Source: an uncultured Spirochaetaceae bacterium
Lineage (GTDB): Bacteria; Myxococcota_A; UBA9160; UBA4427
Assembly: GCA_964515335.1 (NCBI GenBank)
Contig: CAZETS010000005.1
Coordinates: 10,174 to 74,173, forward strand
Length of the DNA stretch: 64,000 nt
Direction of reading: 5' to 3'
Below, piece by piece: positions 8,782 to 16,747 of this stretch. Made by a program: the position numbers and the translations under genes. The notes below the pieces were generated by a model. The model searched no databases, had not been told where the DNA came from, and was given only the letters and a program-made list of their open reading frames with translations. Every line of letters starts with the position of its first letter. Within the stretch, counting starts at the first letter, position 1.

Positions 8782-9212
8782 GCCGGCCGGCGTCGCGTGA
8801 GGCGGACGCCCGTGCCCTCGACCGGTCCCGCGAGCGGCGCCGCCTTGCGCACGGTGACCGTGACGTGATCGATCGGGAAGCGCTCGAAGAGCGCCGAGGC
8901 GATGCGCTCGCCGAGTGCCTCGACGAGGCGGTGCTCGCCGCCGCCTGCCACTTCCTCGACCACCGCGTAGACGGCCCCGTAATCGATCGTGTCGGCGATG
9001 CGATCGCTCCGGCCCGCAGGCGCGAGCGAGCAGCCGAGCTCGAGGTCGATGCGCACGGGCCGGCGCATGCGGCGCTCGGCGGCCGTCACACCGAGCGCCG
9101 ACGGCACCTGCACGCCCTCGAGGAGGATCACGTCCGCTTCGGTCGCCCGTGCGGACCGGGATCCACTGTCGACCTCAGCTCGAGGCATCGCCGCGACCGC
9201 GGGGCGTCGCAT
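8778..9212 (-). CDS. folB: Dihydroneopterin aldolase
   Basis: ILLEGVQVPSALGVTAAERRMRRPVRIDLEL...SDRIADTIDYGAVY...LVEALGERIASALFERFP...VTVTVRKAAP aligns with the FolB catalytic Glu/Tyr/Lys positions. The start is ambiguous (9212 or MPRAEV at 9188); both overlap the carboxylase stop. Confidence 0.75.
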   Translation of the reverse strand: MRRPAVAAMPRAEVDSGSRSARATEADVILLEGVQVPSALGVTAAERRMRRPVRIDLELGCSLAPAGRSDRIADTIDYGAVYAVVEEVAGGGEHRLVEALGERIASALFERFPIDHVTVTVRKAAPLAGPVEGTGVRLTRRRPA

Positions 9213-12200
9213 CGCTCGGCCCGGATCGGCCGATGCGCAGCGCGGCCTCGAGGGTGGCGATCAGCTGCTCGCGCATACGTCGCGGCTCGATGATGGCCGA
9301 CAGCGACCCAACGTCGCGCGCTCGCTCGACGCTGTGGATGCGATCGAACTCCGCCGCCACCTCGCCCTGCTTCTCGAGCCGGACCTCCCGAAGCAGCGCG
9401 TCGAGCTCGGCGCGACCCTGGTCGGTGGGCTGGCCGCGCAGGCTCTGCTCCTTCTCGACGACGCGCGGATCGCGCACTGCCTGCGCGCGCACCTCGCGGG
9501 CGAACACCACCGAGGCCGCGGGGCCGCCGCCGATCACCGACGCGTACGAGCCGGTGAGCGCAGTCGCCTCGAGGCCGGGATTCAGCTCCTGCGAGAAAAC
9601 CACGTAGGCGCCGCCGTGGTAGCGCGATACCACGGTGAAGAGGATCGGACCCTCGAAGTTCACCACCGCGCGGGCGATCTCCGCCCCGTACTCGAGCTGC
9701 AGCTTGCGGAGCGACTCGGGGGAGCCGTCGAAGCCCGACAGGTTGGCGAGCACCACCACCGGGCGCACGCCGCTGGCCGCGTTGATGGCCCGAGCCACCT
9801 TCTTCGACGAGAACGGGAAGAGCGTGCCGCCGTTCCAGTCCTCCGGTCCGTCGTGGGGCCGGTAGCCGTCGCGCGGCAGCGTGTGACCCTCGATGCCGAT
9901 CAGCGTGGTCGAAATGCCGCCGAGGTGCGCGTCCCACACGATGGCCGTCTCGCCGCCCACCATCCGCTTCCAACGCTCGAGGTGTCCGCCGTCCTCGTCG
10001 ATCAGCGCCGACATCACGTTCCGCATCGCGAATGGCCGCTTGCGGCCGGGATTGGTCTCGTCGTCGAAGATCTCGCCGACGCTCGCGAACCCGAACGCGT
10101 CGTCCGGCGTCGCGAAGTCGCAGACCGAGCGGTGTCGGTCGTCCCCGCTCTCGCTGTGTCGCGGGCCCGGCTCGCCGGGCACCACGTACGAGTAGCGGTA
10201 GTGGTCGTAGAGGATGCGATAAGCGTCCGCGATGCCGATCGCGTAGTGCTGCGCCTCGCCGTTGGGGCCCATGATGCGCTCGTAGCCGCCGATCGCGAGC
10301 TCGTCCTCGGCCGAAACCGAGCCGGCCGCCTCGAGGGCGCGGCGGCCCGTCAGCACCATCGACGCCTCCTGGGTCATGATGAGCGTGCCGCGGGTGTGCA
10401 TCAGCATGGTGGCGAGCGCGTCGAAGTAGGCCTGGGCGCCGATGTTGACGCCGCAGACGATCACGTTCACCTCGCCGCCCGCCTGGGTGAAGGTGACGAT
10501 GCGGCGCACCACGCGCGCCGTGGCGTCGAGGTTCTCGGTGCCGCTGTCCATCGCGATGCGCGCGCCGCTCGACACGGCGACCCACTCGAGCGGCACCTGC
10601 ATGCGCTCGGCCAGGTCGAAGGCAGCCACCAGGCGGTCGCACTCGGGCGCCGCGAGCGCCCCCATGCCGATCGTCGGGTCGGAGAACGCCACGACGCGAC
10701 GCATGCCCTCGGGCAGCTTCTCGGTCGGCGTCGAGATGACGCCGATCACCACGCCCGCGCGGTTCTCCCCGTAGGCCCGCCCGGCCACGCTGATCGCGGT
10801 CGGGACATCCACCTCGGGATCGAGATCGTACTCCTCGAAGGTGCCGGTCGGCAGCGCGCTGACGGCCCGGTCGGGTGCACGCTCGACCAGGTTTCGATCT
10901 TCCGAGGTCAGGAGCTTCACCACCTCGTAGGGGTACGGCTGCCGGCTCCGCCGCGCGGCCATCACGCGCCGCTCGTAGTCGCCGGCGGGCTCGAGGGGAT
11001 CTCGATGCGGCTCGCGCATCGAGATCTCCATCTGCTCGCCGGTGTCGAGGATCTCGATCTCGCGGGTTCGCGCCGGGGCGTCGGGCTCGGCCGGGTCGAG
11101 GAGATTCAGCCGTACGATCACCTTGTCGAGACCGAGGTGCCGCGTTGCGGGGGCGAGCCGGCGGGACACCTCCTCGATGGATTCGTCGTCGAGGTAGACG
11201 GGCGGGGCGACGAACACCGCGATGCGGTTCCACTGCAGCCGGCGGCGCGCATCGCGCACCTGCAGGATGCCGCGCAGGCTGCGCGTCGCCCGGTGGAAGA
11301 CCCGCTCGAAGCCGGGCAGGTGGTTCGAGAGCTCCGGGCCCGCCTCCGAGGCGCGGTCGCGCATGTCGGCAAGCACGAACACGCGCTCGTCGCCCGGCAT
11401 CCCGATCGCGCGGCCGTGGAACGAATAGACGCCCTCCTCGGCGGGGATCCGCTCGAGCTCGAAGTTCGAGTAGCGATCGAGGTCGATGCGAGCGGCCGTC
11501 TCGGGGTGCAGGTCGTAGTACTGCCGGAGCACCACACCGCCCGACACGCGGTCCCAGGTCTTGAAGACGTGATCGATCCCGCCCTCCTCGCCGAGCAGGC
11601 CGAGCGTGAACCGGCAGTCGGGGCCGTCGCGGCCGAGCAGCGGCTCGAGGTCGGCGCGCACCGCCTCGAAGTCGATCTCCTCGCCGGGCGGCACGGCGAG
11701 CTCGAGGGCGTGCAGCCGCGTTCCGGGCTCGAGTTCGACGATCCGGCGCGCGGCGCGACACAGGCGCTCCGCAGAGTCGAGCAGGTCGCCGGCGTGAGCC
11801 GCCCCGACCATCACGAGCCCCGCCTCCGGATACTCGACGCAGTGGATGCGGGCAGTGTCGACGACCGCCGCGCGGAAGACGCTCGGAACCCGGGGCGAGT
11901 AGCGGCGCTGGGTGTGGGCGGCGAGCGCGATCTCGCGCCGCGTGACGTCGTCGGAGCTGATCCACTGCCCGACCCGGTCGAAGACCGCGCGCGGCGCCGC
12001 CGCCACCTCGAGCAGCACGCTCGTGGGCGGCACCGTGATCTCGTGCTCGGCCTCGGCGATCCACCGCTCGACCTCTCCGGAGACCCGCGCCGCCCGCCCC
12101 TCGATGCCGGGACGCAGGTGCGTCACGTAGGCGGCCTCGAGGGCGGCGTCGGCGACGGCGTCGCTGACCTGCGGCCGCAGCCGGGCGATCCGCGCGAGTG

Positions 12201-14850
12201 CGGTCGCCAGCGGAGCCTCGGTCTGGAGATCGATGCCCGCCTTGGCGAGGTCGGCGACGCGGCGAAGCATCGCCAGCACCAGTCGGTAGCGAAGCCCCGT
12301 CTCGCGTTGGGCGGACAGCATCCGAAGCACCGCGCGCAAGAGCCGGCCGCTCGGCGTGAGATCGCGCACGCCGTACTGCGCGAGTGCGCGACCCACCAGG
12401 TCGAGGAACTCCTGCTCGATGCCCGCCCCCTCGGCGCGCACGCGCCGCACGTACATGCGGAAGCGCGCGTCGTTGGACGGTCCGAGCTCACCCGACACCG
12501 AGGCTCGTGGCGCGCGGATGAAGACCTCCTCGAGGTCGACGAAGGTCTGCAACTCGTGACGAATCTCGGCGAGCTCCCGGCGGAAGCTCTCGGACAGATC
12601 GGGCGGGATCGGCGCCTCGAGAAAGTCGACCAGCCGATCGCCACGGGAGGGGTTGGCGTCGTAGCCGAGGATCAGCCGCCGCACCTCCTCGCGCACCGTG
12701 TCGATAGCCGCCCGGCGCGCCGTCAGGTCGGCGCCGTTCGCGGCGACGAGGTCGGGGATGCCGAGCGGACCGTCGCTCGACGGCGCGAACAGCACCGCGA
12801 GCGGGTCGACCTGGTCGGGAAGCGCGAGCCGCCGCGAGGGCACGCCGCCTTCGCCGCCCTCTGCGCCCGGGTCGATGACGAGCAGCACCTCGCCGGCCGC
12901 CACCTGCTGGCCGCTGTGCACGCGCACCTCGCGCACCACGCCCGAGACCGGCGCCTGGAAGCCGATCTCCATCTTCATGGCCTCGACGAGACCGAGCGAC
13001 TGCCCGGCCTGCACGGTGTCGCCGACCGCCACGTGCACCGCCACCACCATGGCGGGCGTGCCCGAGCGCACCTGGCCCGCGGTCTGCAGCCCGTACGCGT
13101 AGGGGCTGCCGTCGACCTCGAGCCGCATGCCCAGGTCGGAGGCGTCGTACTCGATGCGGCGCACGCGATCGTCGATGATCAGGCGCGCCTGGTGGTGACC
13201 CTCCTCGCGCATCTCGGCGCCGACCGCGCGGCCCTCGAGGTGCACCCGATAGCGCCAGGCGCCGATCGCGTAGACGGTGAGCTCGTATCCCTCGCCCTCG
13301 TAGGTGAGGTCGATCTGCTGCCCCTCGGCGGGCGGGATCGACGCGCGGGAGAGCGCACCGGGGTCGGCGTAGAAGGTGTCGCGCGCCCGGGCGCGGCCGC
13401 GTTGATAGGCGATGATGGCGGCCGCCACGAAGGCGTCGCGCTCCTCGGCGACGTCGCACAGCCGCGCGGTATCGCGCTCCTCGTTCCAGCGATCGAGCCA
13501 GGTGGTGTCGACGGGCCCGCTGCGGAACGCCTCGGCGCCGAGCAGCTCGATCAGGTAGCCCTTGTTGCTGGCGCCGCCCTCCACGACCAGCTCGAAGTCG
13601 CGCAGCGCGCACTCGAGCCGGGCCCGCGCCTCCTCGCGGTCGTCGCCGGTGGCGATCACCTTGGCGATCAGCGAATCGAAGTCCGACGAGACCGAGGTGC
13701 CCGAGGTCACCCCCGAGTCGATGCGAATCCGCGGGCCGAGTGCCGGGTCGAACCGCGCGACGAAGCCCGGCGACGGCAGGAAGCCCTGGTCGGGATCCTC
13801 GGCGCAGACGCGCGCTTCGATGGCCACGCCGCGCTCGACCACCTCGACGTCGGCGATCGATTCGCCGCGTGCGATGCGGACCTGCAGCTGCACGAGGTCG
13901 ACACCGGTGATCTCCTCGGTGATGCCGTGCTCGACCTGCAGGCGCGGGTTCACCTCGAGGAAGAAGAACTCGCTGCCGCCGAGCAGGAACTCGACGGTGC
14001 CGACGCCCGTGTAGCCGACCTGGGTGGCCATCTCGACGGCCGAGCGCTCGAGCGCTTCGCGCACGGCGGGGTCGAGACCGGGGGGCGGCGCCTCCTCGAG
14101 CACCTTCTGGTGTCGGCGCTGCACCGAGCAGTCGCGGCTGCCAACGGCGGTCACGTGGCCGTGCCGATCGGCGGCGATCTGCACCTCGATGTGGCGTCCG
14201 CCGGTCACCATCTTCTCGACGAAGAGGGCGCCGTTGCCGAACGCCCCCTCGGCCTCGGCGGCCGCCGAGCGGAAGGCCTCCTCGATCTCGGCCTCCTCGC
14301 GGACGATGCGAATGCCGCGCCCGCCCCCGCCCGCCGTCGCCTTGATGACCACCGGGTAACCGATGCGCGCTGCGTGGCGGCGCGCCTCGGCGGCATCGGC
14401 GAGCGCGCCGCCGCTCCACGGCGTGACGGGGACGCCCGCCTTCTCGGCGAGCTGCTTCGAGGTGATCTTGTCGCCGAGCCGGCGCATCGCGTCGGCGGAC
14501 GGGCCGAGGAAGCGGATCCCCTCGGCGGCCAGACGATCGACGAACAGCGGGTCCTCGGCGACGAACCCCCAGCCCGGCCAGACAGCGTCGGCCTCGACCT
14601 GGCGCAGCGCCGTCAGCAGACGCGCGTGATCGAGATACGCGGCAACCGCGCCGCCGTCGCTCGGCAGCTCGATGGCGCGATCGGCGTGCCGCACGAAGGG
14701 CGCATCGCGATCGGGCCGCGTGTAGAGGGCCACCACCTCCATCGAGCTGCCCTCGACGGCGCGCAGTGCCTTGACGGCGCGAATGCAGCGCAGCGCGGGC
14801 TCGCCGCGATTCACGATGGCGAGTCGCCGGATCTCGTCCCGGGCCGTCAC
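9175..14850 (-). CDS. Single-chain multidomain biotin-dependent acyl-CoA carboxylase (BC - BCCP - long central region - carboxyltransferase), 1,891 codons
   Basis: BC domain: RRLAIVNRGEPALRCIRA, VIKATAGGGGRGIRIV, FLEVNPRLQVEHGITE. BCCP: GLVEAMKMEIGF (biotinyl-Lys codon at 12973..12975). CT: VVAFSDPTIGMGALAAPE...VCGVNIGAQAY...LANLSGFDGSPESLRKLQLEYGAEIARAVVNFEGPILFTVVSRYHGGAYVVF. The GTG start at 14850 overlaps the PPTase stop (GTGA) and retains the conserved BC N-terminus. Confidence 0.9.
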   Translation of the reverse strand: MTARDEIRRLAIVNRGEPALRCIRAVKALRAVEGSSMEVVALYTRPDRDAPFVRHADRAIELPSDGGAVAAYLDHARLLTALRQVEADAVWPGWGFVAEDPLFVDRLAAEGIRFLGPSADAMRRLGDKITSKQLAEKAGVPVTPWSGGALADAAEARRHAARIGYPVVIKATAGGGGRGIRIVREEAEIEEAFRSAAAEAEGAFGNGALFVEKMVTGGRHIEVQIAADRHGHVTAVGSRDCSVQRRHQKVLEEAPPPGLDPAVREALERSAVEMATQVGYTGVGTVEFLLGGSEFFFLEVNPRLQVEHGITEEITGVDLVQLQVRIARGESIADVEVVERGVAIEARVCAEDPDQGFLPSPGFVARFDPALGPRIRIDSGVTSGTSVSSDFDSLIAKVIATGDDREEARARLECALRDFELVVEGGASNKGYLIELLGAEAFRSGPVDTTWLDRWNEERDTARLCDVAEERDAFVAAAIIAYQRGRARARDTFYADPGALSRASIPPAEGQQIDLTYEGEGYELTVYAIGAWRYRVHLEGRAVGAEMREEGHHQARLIIDDRVRRIEYDASDLGMRLEVDGSPYAYGLQTAGQVRSGTPAMVVAVHVAVGDTVQAGQSLGLVEAMKMEIGFQAPVSGVVREVRVHSGQQVAAGEVLLVIDPGAEGGEGGVPSRRLALPDQVDPLAVLFAPSSDGPLGIPDLVAANGADLTARRAAIDTVREEVRRLILGYDANPSRGDRLVDFLEAPIPPDLSESFRRELAEIRHELQTFVDLEEVFIRAPRASVSGELGPSNDARFRMYVRRVRAEGAGIEQEFLDLVGRALAQYGVRDLTPSGRLLRAVLRMLSAQRETGLRYRLVLAMLRRVADLAKAGIDLQTEAPLATALARIARLRPQVSDAVADAALEAAYVTHLRPGIEGRAARVSGEVERWIAEAEHEITVPPTSVLLEVAAAPRAVFDRVGQWISSDDVTRREIALAAHTQRRYSPRVPSVFRAAVVDTARIHCVEYPEAGLVMVGAAHAGDLLDSAERLCRAARRIVELEPGTRLHALELAVPPGEEIDFEAVRADLEPLLGRDGPDCRFTLGLLGEEGGIDHVFKTWDRVSGGVVLRQYYDLHPETAARIDLDRYSNFELERIPAEEGVYSFHGRAIGMPGDERVFVLADMRDRASEAGPELSNHLPGFERVFHRATRSLRGILQVRDARRRLQWNRIAVFVAPPVYLDDESIEEVSRRLAPATRHLGLDKVIVRLNLLDPAEPDAPARTREIEILDTGEQMEISMREPHRDPLEPAGDYERRVMAARRSRQPYPYEVVKLLTSEDRNLVERAPDRAVSALPTGTFEEYDLDPEVDVPTAISVAGRAYGENRAGVVIGVISTPTEKLPEGMRRVVAFSDPTIGMGALAAPECDRLVAAFDLAERMQVPLEWVAVSSGARIAMDSGTENLDATARVVRRIVTFTQAGGEVNVIVCGVNIGAQAYFDALATMLMHTRGTLIMTQEASMVLTGRRALEAAGSVSAEDELAIGGYERIMGPNGEAQHYAIGIADAYRILYDHYRYSYVVPGEPGPRHSESGDDRHRSVCDFATPDDAFGFASVGEIFDDETNPGRKRPFAMRNVMSALIDEDGGHLERWKRMVGGETAIVWDAHLGGISTTLIGIEGHTLPRDGYRPHDGPEDWNGGTLFPFSSKKVARAINAASGVRPVVVLANLSGFDGSPESLRKLQLEYGAEIARAVVNFEGPILFTVVSRYHGGAYVVFSQELNPGLEATALTGSYASVIGGGPAASVVFAREVRAQAVRDPRVVEKEQSLRGQPTDQGRAELDALLREVRLEKQGEVAAEFDRIHSVERARDVGSLSAIIEPRRMREQLIATLEAALRIGRSGPSDATPRGRGDASS

Positions 14851-15515
14851 GAGGCGAGCCTCGCGGGCGTGTGTGCGGCCGGCAGCCGGCACGCGAAGGC
14901 GACCAGCCCGCCGTGGTGGGACAGCGAAAGGTCGGCGCCGCTGGGCGCCCGGTCGAGGAGCAGCTCGGGGATGCGTCCGCGCTTCGCGATGGCGAGGCGC
15001 GTCACCGCGACCCCCAGACGGTCGGCGAGGCGCTCCCGGGCGAGTCGGCGCGCCGCCGCGCTGTGCACGGCGGGCGTGAGCGGGGCGTCGGGCCCGGCGG
15101 CGAGGCGCTCGAATCCGTGGACGAGGCCCGCCGGTCCCTCGTCGGACCAGGTCGCGATGGCGTGCACGGCGCCGTCCGCGCACGTGATCGAGAGCGCGAC
15201 GCGGTGGTCGCCGTGAACCACCCCGCCGGCCCGCGAGGTCGGTGCGGCGCCGCGCTCCAGCCAGGTGTCGGGCTCGGCCGCGAGGTCGACCCGAAAGCGC
15301 ACCGGAGAGAAGGCCGTGTCCGGGTCGCGCTTCTTCACGAGCTTGTAGGCGGCCTCCTTGGCGGCCCAGTGACACCAGCGCTCGCGGCAGGGATCGGCCG
15401 CGCCACGAATCGCGACGCGCTCTTCGGGCCGGCACACGCGCGCGTCGAAGCGCTCGCGGGGCCGACGCGGATCCGCGTCGCGATCGCGCAGGTCGACGAT
15501 GTCATTGCCCACCAT
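14847..15515 (-). CDS. 4'-phosphopantetheinyl transferase
   Basis: MVGNDIVDLRD (AcpS/PPTase motif 1-like) and HWAAKEAAYKL (W/F-x-x-KE-A-x-x-K motif). At about 222 aa it has Sfp-like length. It overlaps both neighbours. Confidence 0.75.
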   Translation of the reverse strand: MVGNDIVDLRDRDADPRRPRERFDARVCRPEERVAIRGAADPCRERWCHWAAKEAAYKLVKKRDPDTAFSPVRFRVDLAAEPDTWLERGAAPTSRAGGVVHGDHRVALSITCADGAVHAIATWSDEGPAGLVHGFERLAAGPDAPLTPAVHSAAARRLARERLADRLGVAVTRLAIAKRGRIPELLLDRAPSGADLSLSHHGGLVAFACRLPAAHTPARLAS

Positions 15516-16350
15516 CGACAGCCTCCGGCGACTCCGCGCAGGCACCCCGTGCGCGGAAGTGCTCGTCCTCCATGCGGGCGAGCTGAGCGAGCACTTGATT
15601 GGCGAGGTCGCGCGAGCGGCGCGCGCCGCGCGCGTCGGACTTGGGCTCGATACACGAGACCGACACGCGGATCGTGTCGCCGCGCGCCGGGTAATCGCTC
15701 CAGCTCGCCTGTGCGTCGCCGCGCATGTACACACAGGCCACTCGACACCCCTCCACGGAGCCGACGACGCGCCCGACCCCCCAGGCCGCGTTGTCGACCG
15801 ACACACGGCCCGAACGACTGCGCCCACCCTCCGGAAACAGCAACGCGATCTCACCGCGCTCGAGCACGTAGCGGATCCGGTCGAGCACCTCGGCGACGTC
15901 CTCGCGGCTGCCGCCGCGCCGGATCGGAATGCACTTCGCGAGATAGACGAGCACGCGCATCGCAGCGGTCCGCGCGAAGTTCGCTTCCTCGGGCGTGTTC
16001 CAGGGCAGGGCGTCGAAGTCCACCACGTACCGCCAGCTCGGCCCGATCGCCCAGGCGATCAGAAACGAGTCGATCAGCGTGAGGTGGTTGGCGCAGATCA
16101 GCAGCGGCGCGCCCGACGCGGCCCGGATGCGCGCAAAGGCGCGCCGCGTCGCGGCGACGTCGGCGATCCGGTAGCCGAGCACGAAGCGCAGCACGAGCGC
16201 CGCGGCCGGCACCCAGATCGGCGCGACCAGCCAGCCGACGGCCCGCTGCACGCGGTGCCGCCGCTCGAGGGCGGCCGCCACCGGGATCGGCGTCATGGCG
16301 TCGACCCGGGTCACGGCAGGCTCGGCGCGATCGGCTCGGGGGCGAGACAC
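15502..16350 (-). CDS. PlsC/LPLAT-family (1-acyl-sn-glycerol-3-phosphate-type) acyltransferase
   Basis: LLICANHLTLIDSFL (HxxxxD) and LLFPEGGRSRSGR (block III). The N-terminus is hydrophobic. The start is uncertain (GTG 16350 or MTPIPV at 16296). Confidence 0.8.
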   Translation of the reverse strand: MSRPRADRAEPAVTRVDAMTPIPVAAALERRHRVQRAVGWLVAPIWVPAAALVLRFVLGYRIADVAATRRAFARIRAASGAPLLICANHLTLIDSFLIAWAIGPSWRYVVDFDALPWNTPEEANFARTAAMRVLVYLAKCIPIRRGGSREDVAEVLDRIRYVLERGEIALLFPEGGRSRSGRVSVDNAAWGVGRVVGSVEGCRVACVYMRGDAQASWSDYPARGDTIRVSVSCIEPKSDARGARRSRDLANQVLAQLARMEDEHFRARGACAESPEAVDGGQ

Positions 16351-16381
16351 GGCGCTGCCCGGCGGAGGCGCGAAGCCTCGT

Positions 16382-16630
16382 TCACCCGAGCTTCGACGAG
16401 ATCAGGCTCACGGCGTCGCCGACGGTATTCACCGAATCGACGTCCTCGTCCTCGATCTCGATGTCGAACTCGTCCTCGAAGGCGATCACCACGTCGACGA
16501 GGCGGGCAGAGTTGACCTTGAGGTCGTCGAGGATGTTGGTCTCGGCCGACACCGACGCCAACGCCTCCTCGTTCTTCACCCATGGAGTCAGGATCTTGAC
16601 CACGCGCTCCTGCACTTCGCTCTGATCCAT
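16382..16630 (-). CDS. Acyl carrier protein (divergent)
   Basis: The 82-aa acidic four-helix pattern ...ILDDLKVNSARLVDVVIAFEDEFDIEIEDEDV... aligns to AcpP LGADSLDTVELVMALEEEF, with the Ser retained. A strong RBS (AAAGGGAGG) lies 7 nt upstream of the ATG. Confidence 0.85.
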   Translation of the reverse strand: MDQSEVQERVVKILTPWVKNEEALASVSAETNILDDLKVNSARLVDVVIAFEDEFDIEIEDEDVDSVNTVGDAVSLISSKLG

Positions 16631-16747
16631 CTTCTCGTCCTCCCTTTAGTCCCTCTTCGAAGCCCTTTTGCAAGCCTTCTTGCGATCCTTCTCGCGGTCC
16701 AACGGACCCCGATCGGGGTCGCCCGTCTCACGGACGCCTTCGCCCGC

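Noticed and set aside
8989-15216. A 2,075-aa uninterrupted ORF on the plus strand, plus further long ORFs at 9128-12064 and 12488-14419 in other frames
   Set aside because: These are antisense or out of frame relative to the carboxylase gene, whose BC, BCCP and CT motifs are unambiguous on the minus strand. Their translations are Arg/Ala/Gly/Pro-rich low-complexity sequence with no motif. Long stop-free antisense frames are expected at about 70% GC.
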